A model generated the notes under the pieces. That model was given only the letters and a program-made list of their open reading frames with translations, was not told the origin of the DNA and did no database searches. This document shows, one piece after another, positions 25,002 through 32,505 of a stretch of DNA of 38,223 bases. Both the position numbers and the translations under genes were made by a program. How positions within the stretch are numbered: the first letter of the stretch is position 1; each line of letters starts with the position of its first letter. Origin of the DNA: Candidatus Thorarchaeota archaeon (GTDB lineage Archaea > Asgardarchaeota > Thorarchaeia > Thorarchaeales > Thorarchaeaceae); the NCBI GenBank assembly GCA_029856425.1, contig JAHQWZ010000002.1:1-38223 (forward strand), in the 5' to 3' direction.

Positions 25002-26420
25002 ATGTCAAATCGCACTTGGGAAACAAGAAGCAAATTCCTACGTCTGACGTTTCAGAACTACTACCAATCAAATCATGCCAATGTAGATGAACCAAACAAG
25101 ATTCACACACGAGAATTCGCATTTGAGGATTGGGAATACACTTGGAGCTGCCCGAAGGGCACGAAGAAGGATGATTCGGGAAATGTAATCAACTATGGAT
25201 GTGACCGTTCAGGTATCGCGTTCAATAGATATTCTTCATGTCCATACTGTGGTTCCACTGACATTATGGTGACCAATTGGACACGTCACATAGGATTTCG
25301 TACACAGAAAGCGCTGCTCAAAGAGTTAGTCGAAGTGGCTCCCCATAGTGTCTATCACTCCGCAGCTTTCTATAATATACCAGTCGCTCGAGACAAGGGA
25401 TGGCAGGGTGCTGAGCTCGTCTTTGATATAGATGCGGACCATCTTGATTCCCCATGCACTAAGGAACATGACTCGTGGAGATGCAATGGCTCAAGCTGTC
25501 TGGAAACAGGCACGGGCCCTCCTCCCACCAATGGCTGTCCAAAGTGTGGAGGGCTGAGCTTCATTACTCGTAATTGGTTATGTGATAAGTGTCTAGAGGA
25601 CGCCAAGAGTGAAACAATAAAGGTTCGTGATGATTTTTTAATCAAAGACTTTGGAATTGATCCTGAATATATTCAGTTAAACTTCAGTGGCCACAGAGGA
25701 TACCATCTCAGAGTTCGTGACCCTCGAGTTTTCCACCTTGATTCGGATGGTCGAACAGAAATTGCGCATTATATTATTGGAATGGGTTTCAGAATTGCAC
25801 CCGCAAAGGAAACTTCTCCAACCGATAGCCATAGAGTAATCATAGTTTCCAAGAATGTGCCCTTACCTACAAAGAACAATCCTCAACTTGACGTACCCGG
25901 TTGGGGCAATCGTGTAGCAGAGGCCATAATCGATTTCATTCGAAACATTGATACTTATGATGGAGAGGAGCGATGGGTTCGTCTGCTCAGAGCAAACAAG
26001 GAAGCTGCAATCAAAGGTCTCATGAGAGACCCTCCTATACTGAGTCCTAAGGTCAAGGGAATAGGGGACAAGTTCTGGCAGGAGATTGCAGTCAAGTCCG
26101 TTGAGTCATTTGGTGGCGAAATCGATGTTCCGGTGACCCATGACATAGGAAGGGTAATTCGCCTGATTGGCAGTCTCAATGGAAAGACCGGTTTTTCGGT
26201 GAAGATTCTGACTCGTGATGAGATTGATCAATTTGATCCATTCAGCGACGCACTTGCAGTTACAAAGGGTATGCTGAAAGTACGATTTGATGGTGTACTC
26301 CCAGTTCCGAAAATCCGGATTGGCCATGAAACCTATGGTCCATTTCATAAGGAAAGTGCGGAGTTACCAATGGAAGTCGCAGTATTCATGTTATGCAAGG
26401 GAGTGGCGACGATTGAGTGA
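25002..26420 (+). CDS. priS: DNA primase small (catalytic) subunit PriS, with an extra N-terminal Cys-rich insertion
   Basis: It has REFAFEDW, the catalytic ELVFDIDADHLD, a zinc knuckle (CTKEHDSWRC ... CPKCGG ... CDKC) and FSGHRGYHLRV. At 472 aa it is longer than typical PriS. Confidence 0.85.
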   Translation: MSNRTWETRSKFLRLTFQNYYQSNHANVDEPNKIHTREFAFEDWEYTWSCPKGTKKDDSGNVINYGCDRSGIAFNRYSSCPYCGSTDIMVTNWTRHIGFRTQKALLKELVEVAPHSVYHSAAFYNIPVARDKGWQGAELVFDIDADHLDSPCTKEHDSWRCNGSSCLETGTGPPPTNGCPKCGGLSFITRNWLCDKCLEDAKSETIKVRDDFLIKDFGIDPEYIQLNFSGHRGYHLRVRDPRVFHLDSDGRTEIAHYIIGMGFRIAPAKETSPTDSHRVIIVSKNVPLPTKNNPQLDVPGWGNRVAEAIIDFIRNIDTYDGEERWVRLLRANKEAAIKGLMRDPPILSPKVKGIGDKFWQEIAVKSVESFGGEIDVPVTHDIGRVIRLIGSLNGKTGFSVKILTRDEIDQFDPFSDALAVTKGMLKVRFDGVLPVPKIRIGHETYGPFHKESAELPMEVAVFMLCKGVATIE

Positions 26421-26424
26421 TAAA

Positions 26425-27018
26425 ATGTACAAGGACATAAGTGATGCGTGGGCCGCTGAAATAGAGAATAAGGAGCTTCAAAATCTTGAAGATCTACGTT
26501 TCAGTAAGATGGCAGACTATCTCTCGAAAATTCGATACGCCTTGACTGAAACCCTTGCTGAGAACCAGCTTCAGGCGGATATGTATACTCAAGAGGCCCT
26601 TAACCTAGAGTTCATGCTCAAGGACCTCCTAATGATGCGTAGGGATAAGATAATCAGAGCTGCATTGGCACAAAGACGCCCTCTTGGTTCAATGATATTA
26701 TCTGAGGAGGAACTCTACAACAGACTTCTCCGAGGATTTGAGGGCCACTCAGACTTTGTAAGAGAGGCTCTCGCAGGACTGTCCTCCTCGACCTTGAAGC
26801 ACCCTACTGAGGCGACAGCCTCTCAGGAAGATGTGATGGACTACGTTATCGTGAGATTTCTACGGGCCATAGACAATCCTATAATCGGGATTGATGAGGT
26901 TACATATGGCCCATTCAAGAAGGAGGACTTGATAACAATCCCCGCAGCCAATGCAAGAGTCTGGCTTAAGGATGGCACTGTGGTGAGAGTCACAACTAAT
27001 GGGGGAGGCCGTGATTAG
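26425..27018 (+). CDS. gins: GINS subunit (Gins51/Gins15 type)
   Basis: ATG 26425 lies 5 nt after the priS stop. It has a helical A-domain and a small beta B-domain (VIVRFLRAIDNPIIGIDEVTYGPFKKEDLITIPAANARVWLKDG). I recall priS-gins15 adjacency as a known archaeal arrangement. Confidence 0.65.
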   Translation: MYKDISDAWAAEIENKELQNLEDLRFSKMADYLSKIRYALTETLAENQLQADMYTQEALNLEFMLKDLLMMRRDKIIRAALAQRRPLGSMILSEEELYNRLLRGFEGHSDFVREALAGLSSSTLKHPTEATASQEDVMDYVIVRFLRAIDNPIIGIDEVTYGPFKKEDLITIPAANARVWLKDGTVVRVTTNGGGRD

Positions 27019-27320
27019 TGGAGGATGGTTCACTATCAAACCAATTGCGAGGAGTGTTACTGCAAATCGAATCATCAAGAGATTCCATCGAAAAAGCATA
27101 TGATAAGTTTCAAATTGCCATAAGCGGGGTGCTCCGTCTTCTTGATGACAATGCCCCAACGCTTGAAAAACTACGAGGAAGTCCTGATGACCTAAAGGCC
27201 TTCGTGTTGAGACTTGTTACCGAGCTAGGTATGGAAACAATCAGCCACTGGGAGTCACTCCAAGCACAAATAGAGCAGATCCTTGTCAACATATCTGAGT
27301 TTCATGACAGAAAATCCTAA
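27018..27320 (+). CDS. Hypothetical small helical protein
   Basis: 100-aa ORF whose GTG start overlaps the gins stop by 1 nt. I recognise no motif. Confidence 0.35.
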   Translation: MEDGSLSNQLRGVLLQIESSRDSIEKAYDKFQIAISGVLRLLDDNAPTLEKLRGSPDDLKAFVLRLVTELGMETISHWESLQAQIEQILVNISEFHDRKS

Positions 27321-27537
27321 GAGAGACATAAACAACCACGTAGACATGAGTCTGAAATTGAAATGGATACTCTACCTCGTGGCTATCATCTGCTGCTTCT
27401 TGGCTATTGTCGGGGGATTGTCCTACCCTCTAATCAATCAAGGTCTCTTGGAAATCATGATGTATGAAGCAGTAGTCTTTCTAGTTACATTTGGGATTCT
27501 TCTTCTAGTCTATAAGAGAGCCCTGCCTGAGACTTAA
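27304..27537 (+). CDS. Hypothetical small membrane protein (2 TM segments)
   Basis: The hydrophobic helices are WILYLVAIICCFLAIVGGL and AVVFLVTFGILLLVY. Possible starts are TTG 27283, ATG 27304 and ATG 27346. Confidence 0.35.
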   Translation: MTENPKRDINNHVDMSLKLKWILYLVAIICCFLAIVGGLSYPLINQGLLEIMMYEAVVFLVTFGILLLVYKRALPET

Positions 27538-27586
27538 TCTGCCTAATGTCCTTGATTCACCCGAAAACGTGTTCCTTCTGCAAACC

Positions 27587-27595
27587 TTTAATATA
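27587..27595 (+). promoter_or_regulatory. TATA-like box upstream of the hdr cluster
   Basis: TTTAATATA lies about 64 nt upstream of the hdrC ATG, in a 121-nt intergenic gap. AGAGGTG (a Shine-Dalgarno-like sequence) lies 8-15 nt upstream of the ATG. Confidence 0.3.
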
Positions 27596-27658
27596 GGTCC
27601 CTAATTCCGCTGTCGCATTCAGTCACTATGTCGGTCATATCCTAGAGGTGCACCCTTC

Positions 27659-28201
27659 ATGACAGAAACGGAAGAGAAGACTGGTCCTCCAGTTACCCTG
27701 ATTGACCCTATTGACATGACAAAGCTGGACGCTAATTTTCGTAGAGATATTAGCAGCATGCCCAATGGTGAGGAGCTATCGGCTTGTTTTGCATGTTCAA
27801 CTTGTACAGCTGCATGTCCCATTGCCAACCAATGGAACTACAAACCGCATCAGCTGATACGCATGATCCTCCTTGGTATGCGTGATGAAGTTCTTTCCAG
27901 TAAGGAGATATGGGAATGTCTGACATGCTTTCAGTGCCAAGAGCGTTGTCCCCAGAACGTGCGTGTCACTGACATATTCTTCGACTGCAAAAACTTGGCG
28001 GCTGAAGAGGGTTATGTTCCTGAGAACATTATTGCCTTAGCAAAGTCATTGGTTGAGAAGGGACAGCTCTATGAGATCATCAATGACTGGGAACGTGAGG
28101 ATCTAGGCCTAGAACCAGAAGTGCCCGGCCTCTCCATAGAGGGCATACAATCAATTCTGAAAGGCACTCGGACACACAAACTTGTGGAGGGCGATGAGTA
28201 A
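27659..28201 (+). CDS. hdrC: Heterodisulfide reductase subunit C-like protein (2x[4Fe-4S])
   Basis: CFACSTCTAACP and CLTCFQCQERCP, at the typical ~180-aa size, directly upstream of hdrB. Confidence 0.85.
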   Translation: MTETEEKTGPPVTLIDPIDMTKLDANFRRDISSMPNGEELSACFACSTCTAACPIANQWNYKPHQLIRMILLGMRDEVLSSKEIWECLTCFQCQERCPQNVRVTDIFFDCKNLAAEEGYVPENIIALAKSLVEKGQLYEIINDWEREDLGLEPEVPGLSIEGIQSILKGTRTHKLVEGDE

Positions 28202-29069
28202 GATGCCAGTCTATAGCTTGTATATGGGCTGCAGCGTTCCAGCCAATTATCCTAATTATGAGGCAGCAATGTTCAAGGTAGCTGAAGCTCTGGGCATGGA
28301 ACTCAATTACCTTGAAGACGTCGCATGCTGTGGCAGCCCCAATCTGCGATCAATTGATAGCTTTGGCTGGCTATTGGTGAATGCACGTACAATCGCTATC
28401 GCTGAGAAGAGCGGCCATGACATTGTGACTCCATGCAACGGTTGTTTTGGATCTCTGAAGGACGTGCTCTATCATCTCAAGCATCACAAGGACGACTTGA
28501 AGAAGATCAACGTCGAACTCGAGAAGATGGGATTGGAATTCAAAGGCACTATCAATGTTCGACACATTATCGAGGCCATGTACACAGACATTGGAATCAA
28601 GGAGATCAAATCGAAGGTGACAAAGCCTCTAGACGGCGTGGGAATTGCAATTCACTATGGTTGCCATCTACTCCGTCCGGTAGATGTGACAGAATTCAAA
28701 CCCGAGGTTTTGCAAGAGATGGTCTATGCCACGGGCGCAACTGTAATCGATTATCCCTTATGGAAGCAATGTTGTGGTGCCACAGTTCTCCCGGTGAATG
28801 AGCAGCTGGCCATCAGACTCGCTCGAGACAAACTCAAGTCAATGAAAGAATCCGGTGCAGTGTTTATCACTGTGGTGTGTCCAGCCTGCGGGAACCAACT
28901 TGATCTCCAGCAGCTGGGCCTGAAAGACTCATATGGCGAGGTCTATGACCTTCCAGTTCTTCTATATCCACAGATTTTGGCATTGGCAATGGGCATGGAT
29001 GAGGAAGATATAGGTCTCAGTATGAACCGTGTTCCTGCTGACCCCATCCTTGATCATCTATCCGGTTGA
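28194..29069 (+). CDS. hdrB: Heterodisulfide reductase subunit B-like protein (two CCG domains)
   Basis: The first CCG domain is GCS ... ACCGSPN ... CNGC. The second is GCH ... QCCGATV ... CPACG. ATG 28194 overlaps the hdrC stop. Confidence 0.85.
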   Translation: MSKMPVYSLYMGCSVPANYPNYEAAMFKVAEALGMELNYLEDVACCGSPNLRSIDSFGWLLVNARTIAIAEKSGHDIVTPCNGCFGSLKDVLYHLKHHKDDLKKINVELEKMGLEFKGTINVRHIIEAMYTDIGIKEIKSKVTKPLDGVGIAIHYGCHLLRPVDVTEFKPEVLQEMVYATGATVIDYPLWKQCCGATVLPVNEQLAIRLARDKLKSMKESGAVFITVVCPACGNQLDLQQLGLKDSYGEVYDLPVLLYPQILALAMGMDEEDIGLSMNRVPADPILDHLSG

Positions 29070-29070
29070 G

Positions 29071-30333
29071 GTGATTCTAGTAGTGACTGGCCCTGTTCTA
29101 GTCATAGGTGCCGGTGTGGCAGGCATGACTGCGGCAGTTGAGTTGGCAGACAACGATGTCAAGACCATCTTGATTGACAGAAAGACAACTATCGGTGGAA
29201 ACGCGCTTGAATTATACAAAGCATTTCCCACAGACGATTGTTTCTACTGCTTTGAAGGTAATAGATGGCGCCCCGGTATTCGAAAATGCTTCTACCGAAG
29301 TGCAATGATTGACCAACCCAATATCGACCTGAAAATCAGTACACGGGTGAAAGGAATCTCAGGAACGCCTGGCACGTTCTTAGTTAATCTTGAGGTCGGC
29401 CCTCAGTATGTAGACCCAAGGAAGTGTACTCTATGTGGTCTTTGTACTGATGCTTCGGAGGCGTTTCATTTGGTATCACCGCAATGTCAGCCACAGGCCG
29501 TAAGCTATAATCCTGAGAGGGCGGACGATGGTGCGAAGAAGGCTGAGGAGGACTGTCCGACAGGAGCAATCAATCTAAGTGCCACTCAGACTGAAGAAAC
29601 AATCACAGTTTCAGACATCGTTATTGCGACTGGCTACCATGAGATGAAGCCCTCAACCATTGATGAATATGGTTATGGGAAACTGCCCAACGTTATCACA
29701 CAGCTTGAGCTTGCACAGATGCTCGATCCAAATGGTGAATCCTCTGGTGCGTTGTTGCGCCCCTCCGATGGAGCTCAAGTCAAGAGTGTGATGATGATTC
29801 AGTGTGTGGGTAGTAGAGACGAGAATTACTATCCATTCTGTTCCAAGATTTGCTGTGTCTTTGCTCTGAAACATGCCAGTATCATATCAAAGGAGCGCAA
29901 CAACTCGAGAGTGAGTGTTGTATACATGGACATTCGGACTTATGATAGGCATGAGAGATATTACCGCGAAACGCGTGATGCTGGAGTGGAGTTCGTTCGA
30001 GGTAGAGTCAGCCGAGTGGAAGCCCACAAGGATGGCACATTGGATGTATACGTCTATGATTCATTACTGAACAAGTATCTCAAGTTCGTAGTGGATCTCC
30101 TGGTGCTCTCATCTGCATTGGAACCACCAGAAGCCAGTAACGAGCTTATCAGCTCACTGGGGTTAAACTCAGCAAGTGGTTATGTAGGCTCTGCTGACCC
30201 ACTCTCTGAGAATGAAGTAGTCGCAGGAGACCATGTTTATGCTTGCGGTGGCGCTCTGGGTCCAGCAGAAGTTCCTGAGAGCGTCAATCAGGCAAGAGCT
30301 GTGGTGAGTAAGATTCTCCAGGGGAGGAAGTGA
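29071..30333 (+). CDS. hdrA: HdrA-like FAD/FeS oxidoreductase, short form (lacks the N-terminal Cys domain and C-terminal ferredoxins)
   Basis: FAD motif VLVIGAGVAGMTAAVELA, FPTDDCFYC, a single ferredoxin-like CTLCGLC ... DCPTGAI, and the HdrA signature MIQCVGSRDENYYPFCSKICC. GTG 29071 lies 2 nt after the hdrB stop and is preceded by GAGG. Confidence 0.75.
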   Translation: MILVVTGPVLVIGAGVAGMTAAVELADNDVKTILIDRKTTIGGNALELYKAFPTDDCFYCFEGNRWRPGIRKCFYRSAMIDQPNIDLKISTRVKGISGTPGTFLVNLEVGPQYVDPRKCTLCGLCTDASEAFHLVSPQCQPQAVSYNPERADDGAKKAEEDCPTGAINLSATQTEETITVSDIVIATGYHEMKPSTIDEYGYGKLPNVITQLELAQMLDPNGESSGALLRPSDGAQVKSVMMIQCVGSRDENYYPFCSKICCVFALKHASIISKERNNSRVSVVYMDIRTYDRHERYYRETRDAGVEFVRGRVSRVEAHKDGTLDVYVYDSLLNKYLKFVVDLLVLSSALEPPEASNELISSLGLNSASGYVGSADPLSENEVVAGDHVYACGGALGPAEVPESVNQARAVVSKILQGRK

Positions 30334-30339
30334 TGAACA

Positions 30340-32505
30340 GTGACCAATAAATCCCCCGTCCTTCTCTGCACATGCGGAAAACAGCTAAAGCTAGACTATG
30401 ACTACTTGGAAACAGAGATTAGCAAGTTGGACTTGGCTGGTTCGGTAACTGTACACGATTTTGGCTGCCAAGATTCAGGACTTGAAACCATAGCAGAACT
30501 GATTGGTGAGAGTGAGGCCAGACTTGTGATAGCTGCATGCACAAGTCAGAAGATACAACCTCGTATTGATCAATACCTCCAATCTCTTGGCAAGGACTCT
30601 TCGAGAATTGCATATGTGAACATCCGAGAGCATTCCGCTTGGGTCCACAAGGACCCCTCTGAGGCATCTAAGAAATCTCTAGACATGATTAGAGGTGCAT
30701 TGGCACGTGTAGAAGATTCAAAATCAATTGTGTCTGAAACGAAAGAGATTCCAAACCATGTGACCGTGATTGGTGGTGGGATTGCCGGAGTTGAAACCGC
30801 GCTCAGCCTCTCAAACTTGGGCTATCGTGTGACTCTGATGGAGCGTGAATCAAGCATTGGTGGTCATGTCGTCCAGCTACCAGTCATTGCTCCTACTGGC
30901 AAGTCTGGGAAGGAAATCTTCAGTAGTCGACTCAAAGCACTTGAAAATGACAAAAACATAGACGTCATGACAAATACAACTGTGAAATTTATTGAAGGCG
31001 AAATGGGCGACTTTTTGGCTCATTATATCTCCCCTGATGATGAAGATGAGAAGACCTTACAGACCTCCGCAATTGTACTAGCAACAGGATTCAAGGAGTT
31101 CAAACCCACAATGATAGATGAATATCATTATGGGAAGAACCCCGATGTTGTGACACAACTCGAGCTCTCTCGGATGTTGACAGAAGATCGCATGGTACGT
31201 CCTTCGGACGGGAAGCCTGTAAATGAGGTCGTAATGGTCCAATGTGTTGGCAGTAGATCTGAGGACTACAAACGGGATTGCAGCAAGCTCTGCTGTACTT
31301 TTGCAATTGATAACTCATTGGAGATTCTTGAGAGGAACCCTGATGCGAACGTGCAGGTTGTGTACATGGACATCCGAGTTCCATTTGAAAACGAGATGAT
31401 ATACAAAGAGTCCAGAGAGCGTGGAGTCGATTACATCCGAGGCCGAATCAGTATGGTCTGGGAGAATGATAATACCACTCACGTTCGTATCTATGATTCA
31501 CTTTTGAACCAGTATCTGGAAACCACCCCCGATCTCGTAGTCCTTTCCTCTGCCATTCTACCTTCAGACGGCGTGGCTGAGCTGTCTGAAACACTTGGTT
31601 ATGCACTTGAAGAAGACGGTCATGTCAAGGATCTTTATGGCAAGCTGAGAAGAACTGAAACACGGAGACGTGGCGTAGTTGCAGTAGGCGCAATCACACG
31701 CCCACAATTTGTCTTTGAGGCTGTCACAGATGCTCAAGCTGCGGCTCTTGTTTTACACAATGAGCTTCATGGAGGTAAAATCGAGAAGGTGGCGCGGGGT
31801 GCCGTTCTCAATGTCGATGACTGCGTGGGTTGTAGTCTCTGCGCACAGCAATGCCCCCGCGGCGTTCCTCTGATGATTGAACAGACAGATGCCGAGGAGG
31901 AGGATGAAGCACAGAAAATCCTCTTCAAAGCAGCAATTGACACTCTGAACTGTCATTCCTGCGGCGTATGCCAAAGCCTTTGCCCCTCAGGTGCGACACA
32001 ACTCAACTTCCTATCAAACTCACAGCTCTGGTCGGAAATAGAGGCTGTTCTTGAAGGGGCTGATCATGAATATCCAATAACGGTCTGCTTCTATTGTGAA
32101 GAGTGTTCTGTATCTACGATAGACATTGTAGGTACACAAAGGATGGAGTATCCTGCTAGCTCACGATTAATTCCTGTTCCATGCGCAGGAAGAGTTTCCA
32201 TTATTGATATCTTGAAGGCTTTTGAGCATGGAGCCAGTACAGTGATGATTGCAGCCTGCGAGAAGGATCGATGTCACATTGGTGGGACTGGTAACGAGAT
32301 TGCCCAAGTCCAAATTGACGTCGCCCGTGATATACTGAATGCTATCGGCTGGAAAGGCGAACGAGTTGACATGTATCGAATGTTCAGTGCTGAGCCTGAC
32401 AGGTTCACAAATGCAATTCGTGAGATGGTGAAGCGAGCTCAGGAGCTTGGCCCCACACCAGTGCATAAAGGAACAGCTGGTAAATGGATGGAGGCGGTTG
32501 AGTGA
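30340..32505 (+). CDS. hdrA: HdrA fused to an MvhD-like domain
   Basis: The N-terminal HdrA Cys domain is LLCTCG ... FGCQ ... IAACTSQ ... VNIREHSAWVH. It also has FAD motif VTVIGGGIAGVETA, VQCVGSRSEDYKRDCSKLCC, and ferredoxins CVGCSLCAQQCP and CHSCGVCQSLCP. The C-terminal MvhD pattern is CFYCEEC ... IPVPCAGRVS ... VMIAACEKDRCH. Confidence 0.8.
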   Translation: MTNKSPVLLCTCGKQLKLDYDYLETEISKLDLAGSVTVHDFGCQDSGLETIAELIGESEARLVIAACTSQKIQPRIDQYLQSLGKDSSRIAYVNIREHSAWVHKDPSEASKKSLDMIRGALARVEDSKSIVSETKEIPNHVTVIGGGIAGVETALSLSNLGYRVTLMERESSIGGHVVQLPVIAPTGKSGKEIFSSRLKALENDKNIDVMTNTTVKFIEGEMGDFLAHYISPDDEDEKTLQTSAIVLATGFKEFKPTMIDEYHYGKNPDVVTQLELSRMLTEDRMVRPSDGKPVNEVVMVQCVGSRSEDYKRDCSKLCCTFAIDNSLEILERNPDANVQVVYMDIRVPFENEMIYKESRERGVDYIRGRISMVWENDNTTHVRIYDSLLNQYLETTPDLVVLSSAILPSDGVAELSETLGYALEEDGHVKDLYGKLRRTETRRRGVVAVGAITRPQFVFEAVTDAQAAALVLHNELHGGKIEKVARGAVLNVDDCVGCSLCAQQCPRGVPLMIEQTDAEEEDEAQKILFKAAIDTLNCHSCGVCQSLCPSGATQLNFLSNSQLWSEIEAVLEGADHEYPITVCFYCEECSVSTIDIVGTQRMEYPASSRLIPVPCAGRVSIIDILKAFEHGASTVMIAACEKDRCHIGGTGNEIAQVQIDVARDILNAIGWKGERVDMYRMFSAEPDRFTNAIREMVKRAQELGPTPVHKGTAGKWMEAVE

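Noticed and set aside
26287-26424. N-terminal extension of the GINS ORF that overlaps the end of priS by 134 nt
   Set aside because: The extension is Trp/Arg/Tyr-rich and overlaps the conserved PriS C-terminus. ATG 26425, right after the priS stop, gives a normal-length GINS.
29071-32505. Selenocysteine (TGA) recoding in hdrA/mvhD, as occurs in some methanogens
   Set aside because: Both hdrA ORFs are uninterrupted and carry Cys at the relevant motifs. I saw no in-frame TGA.
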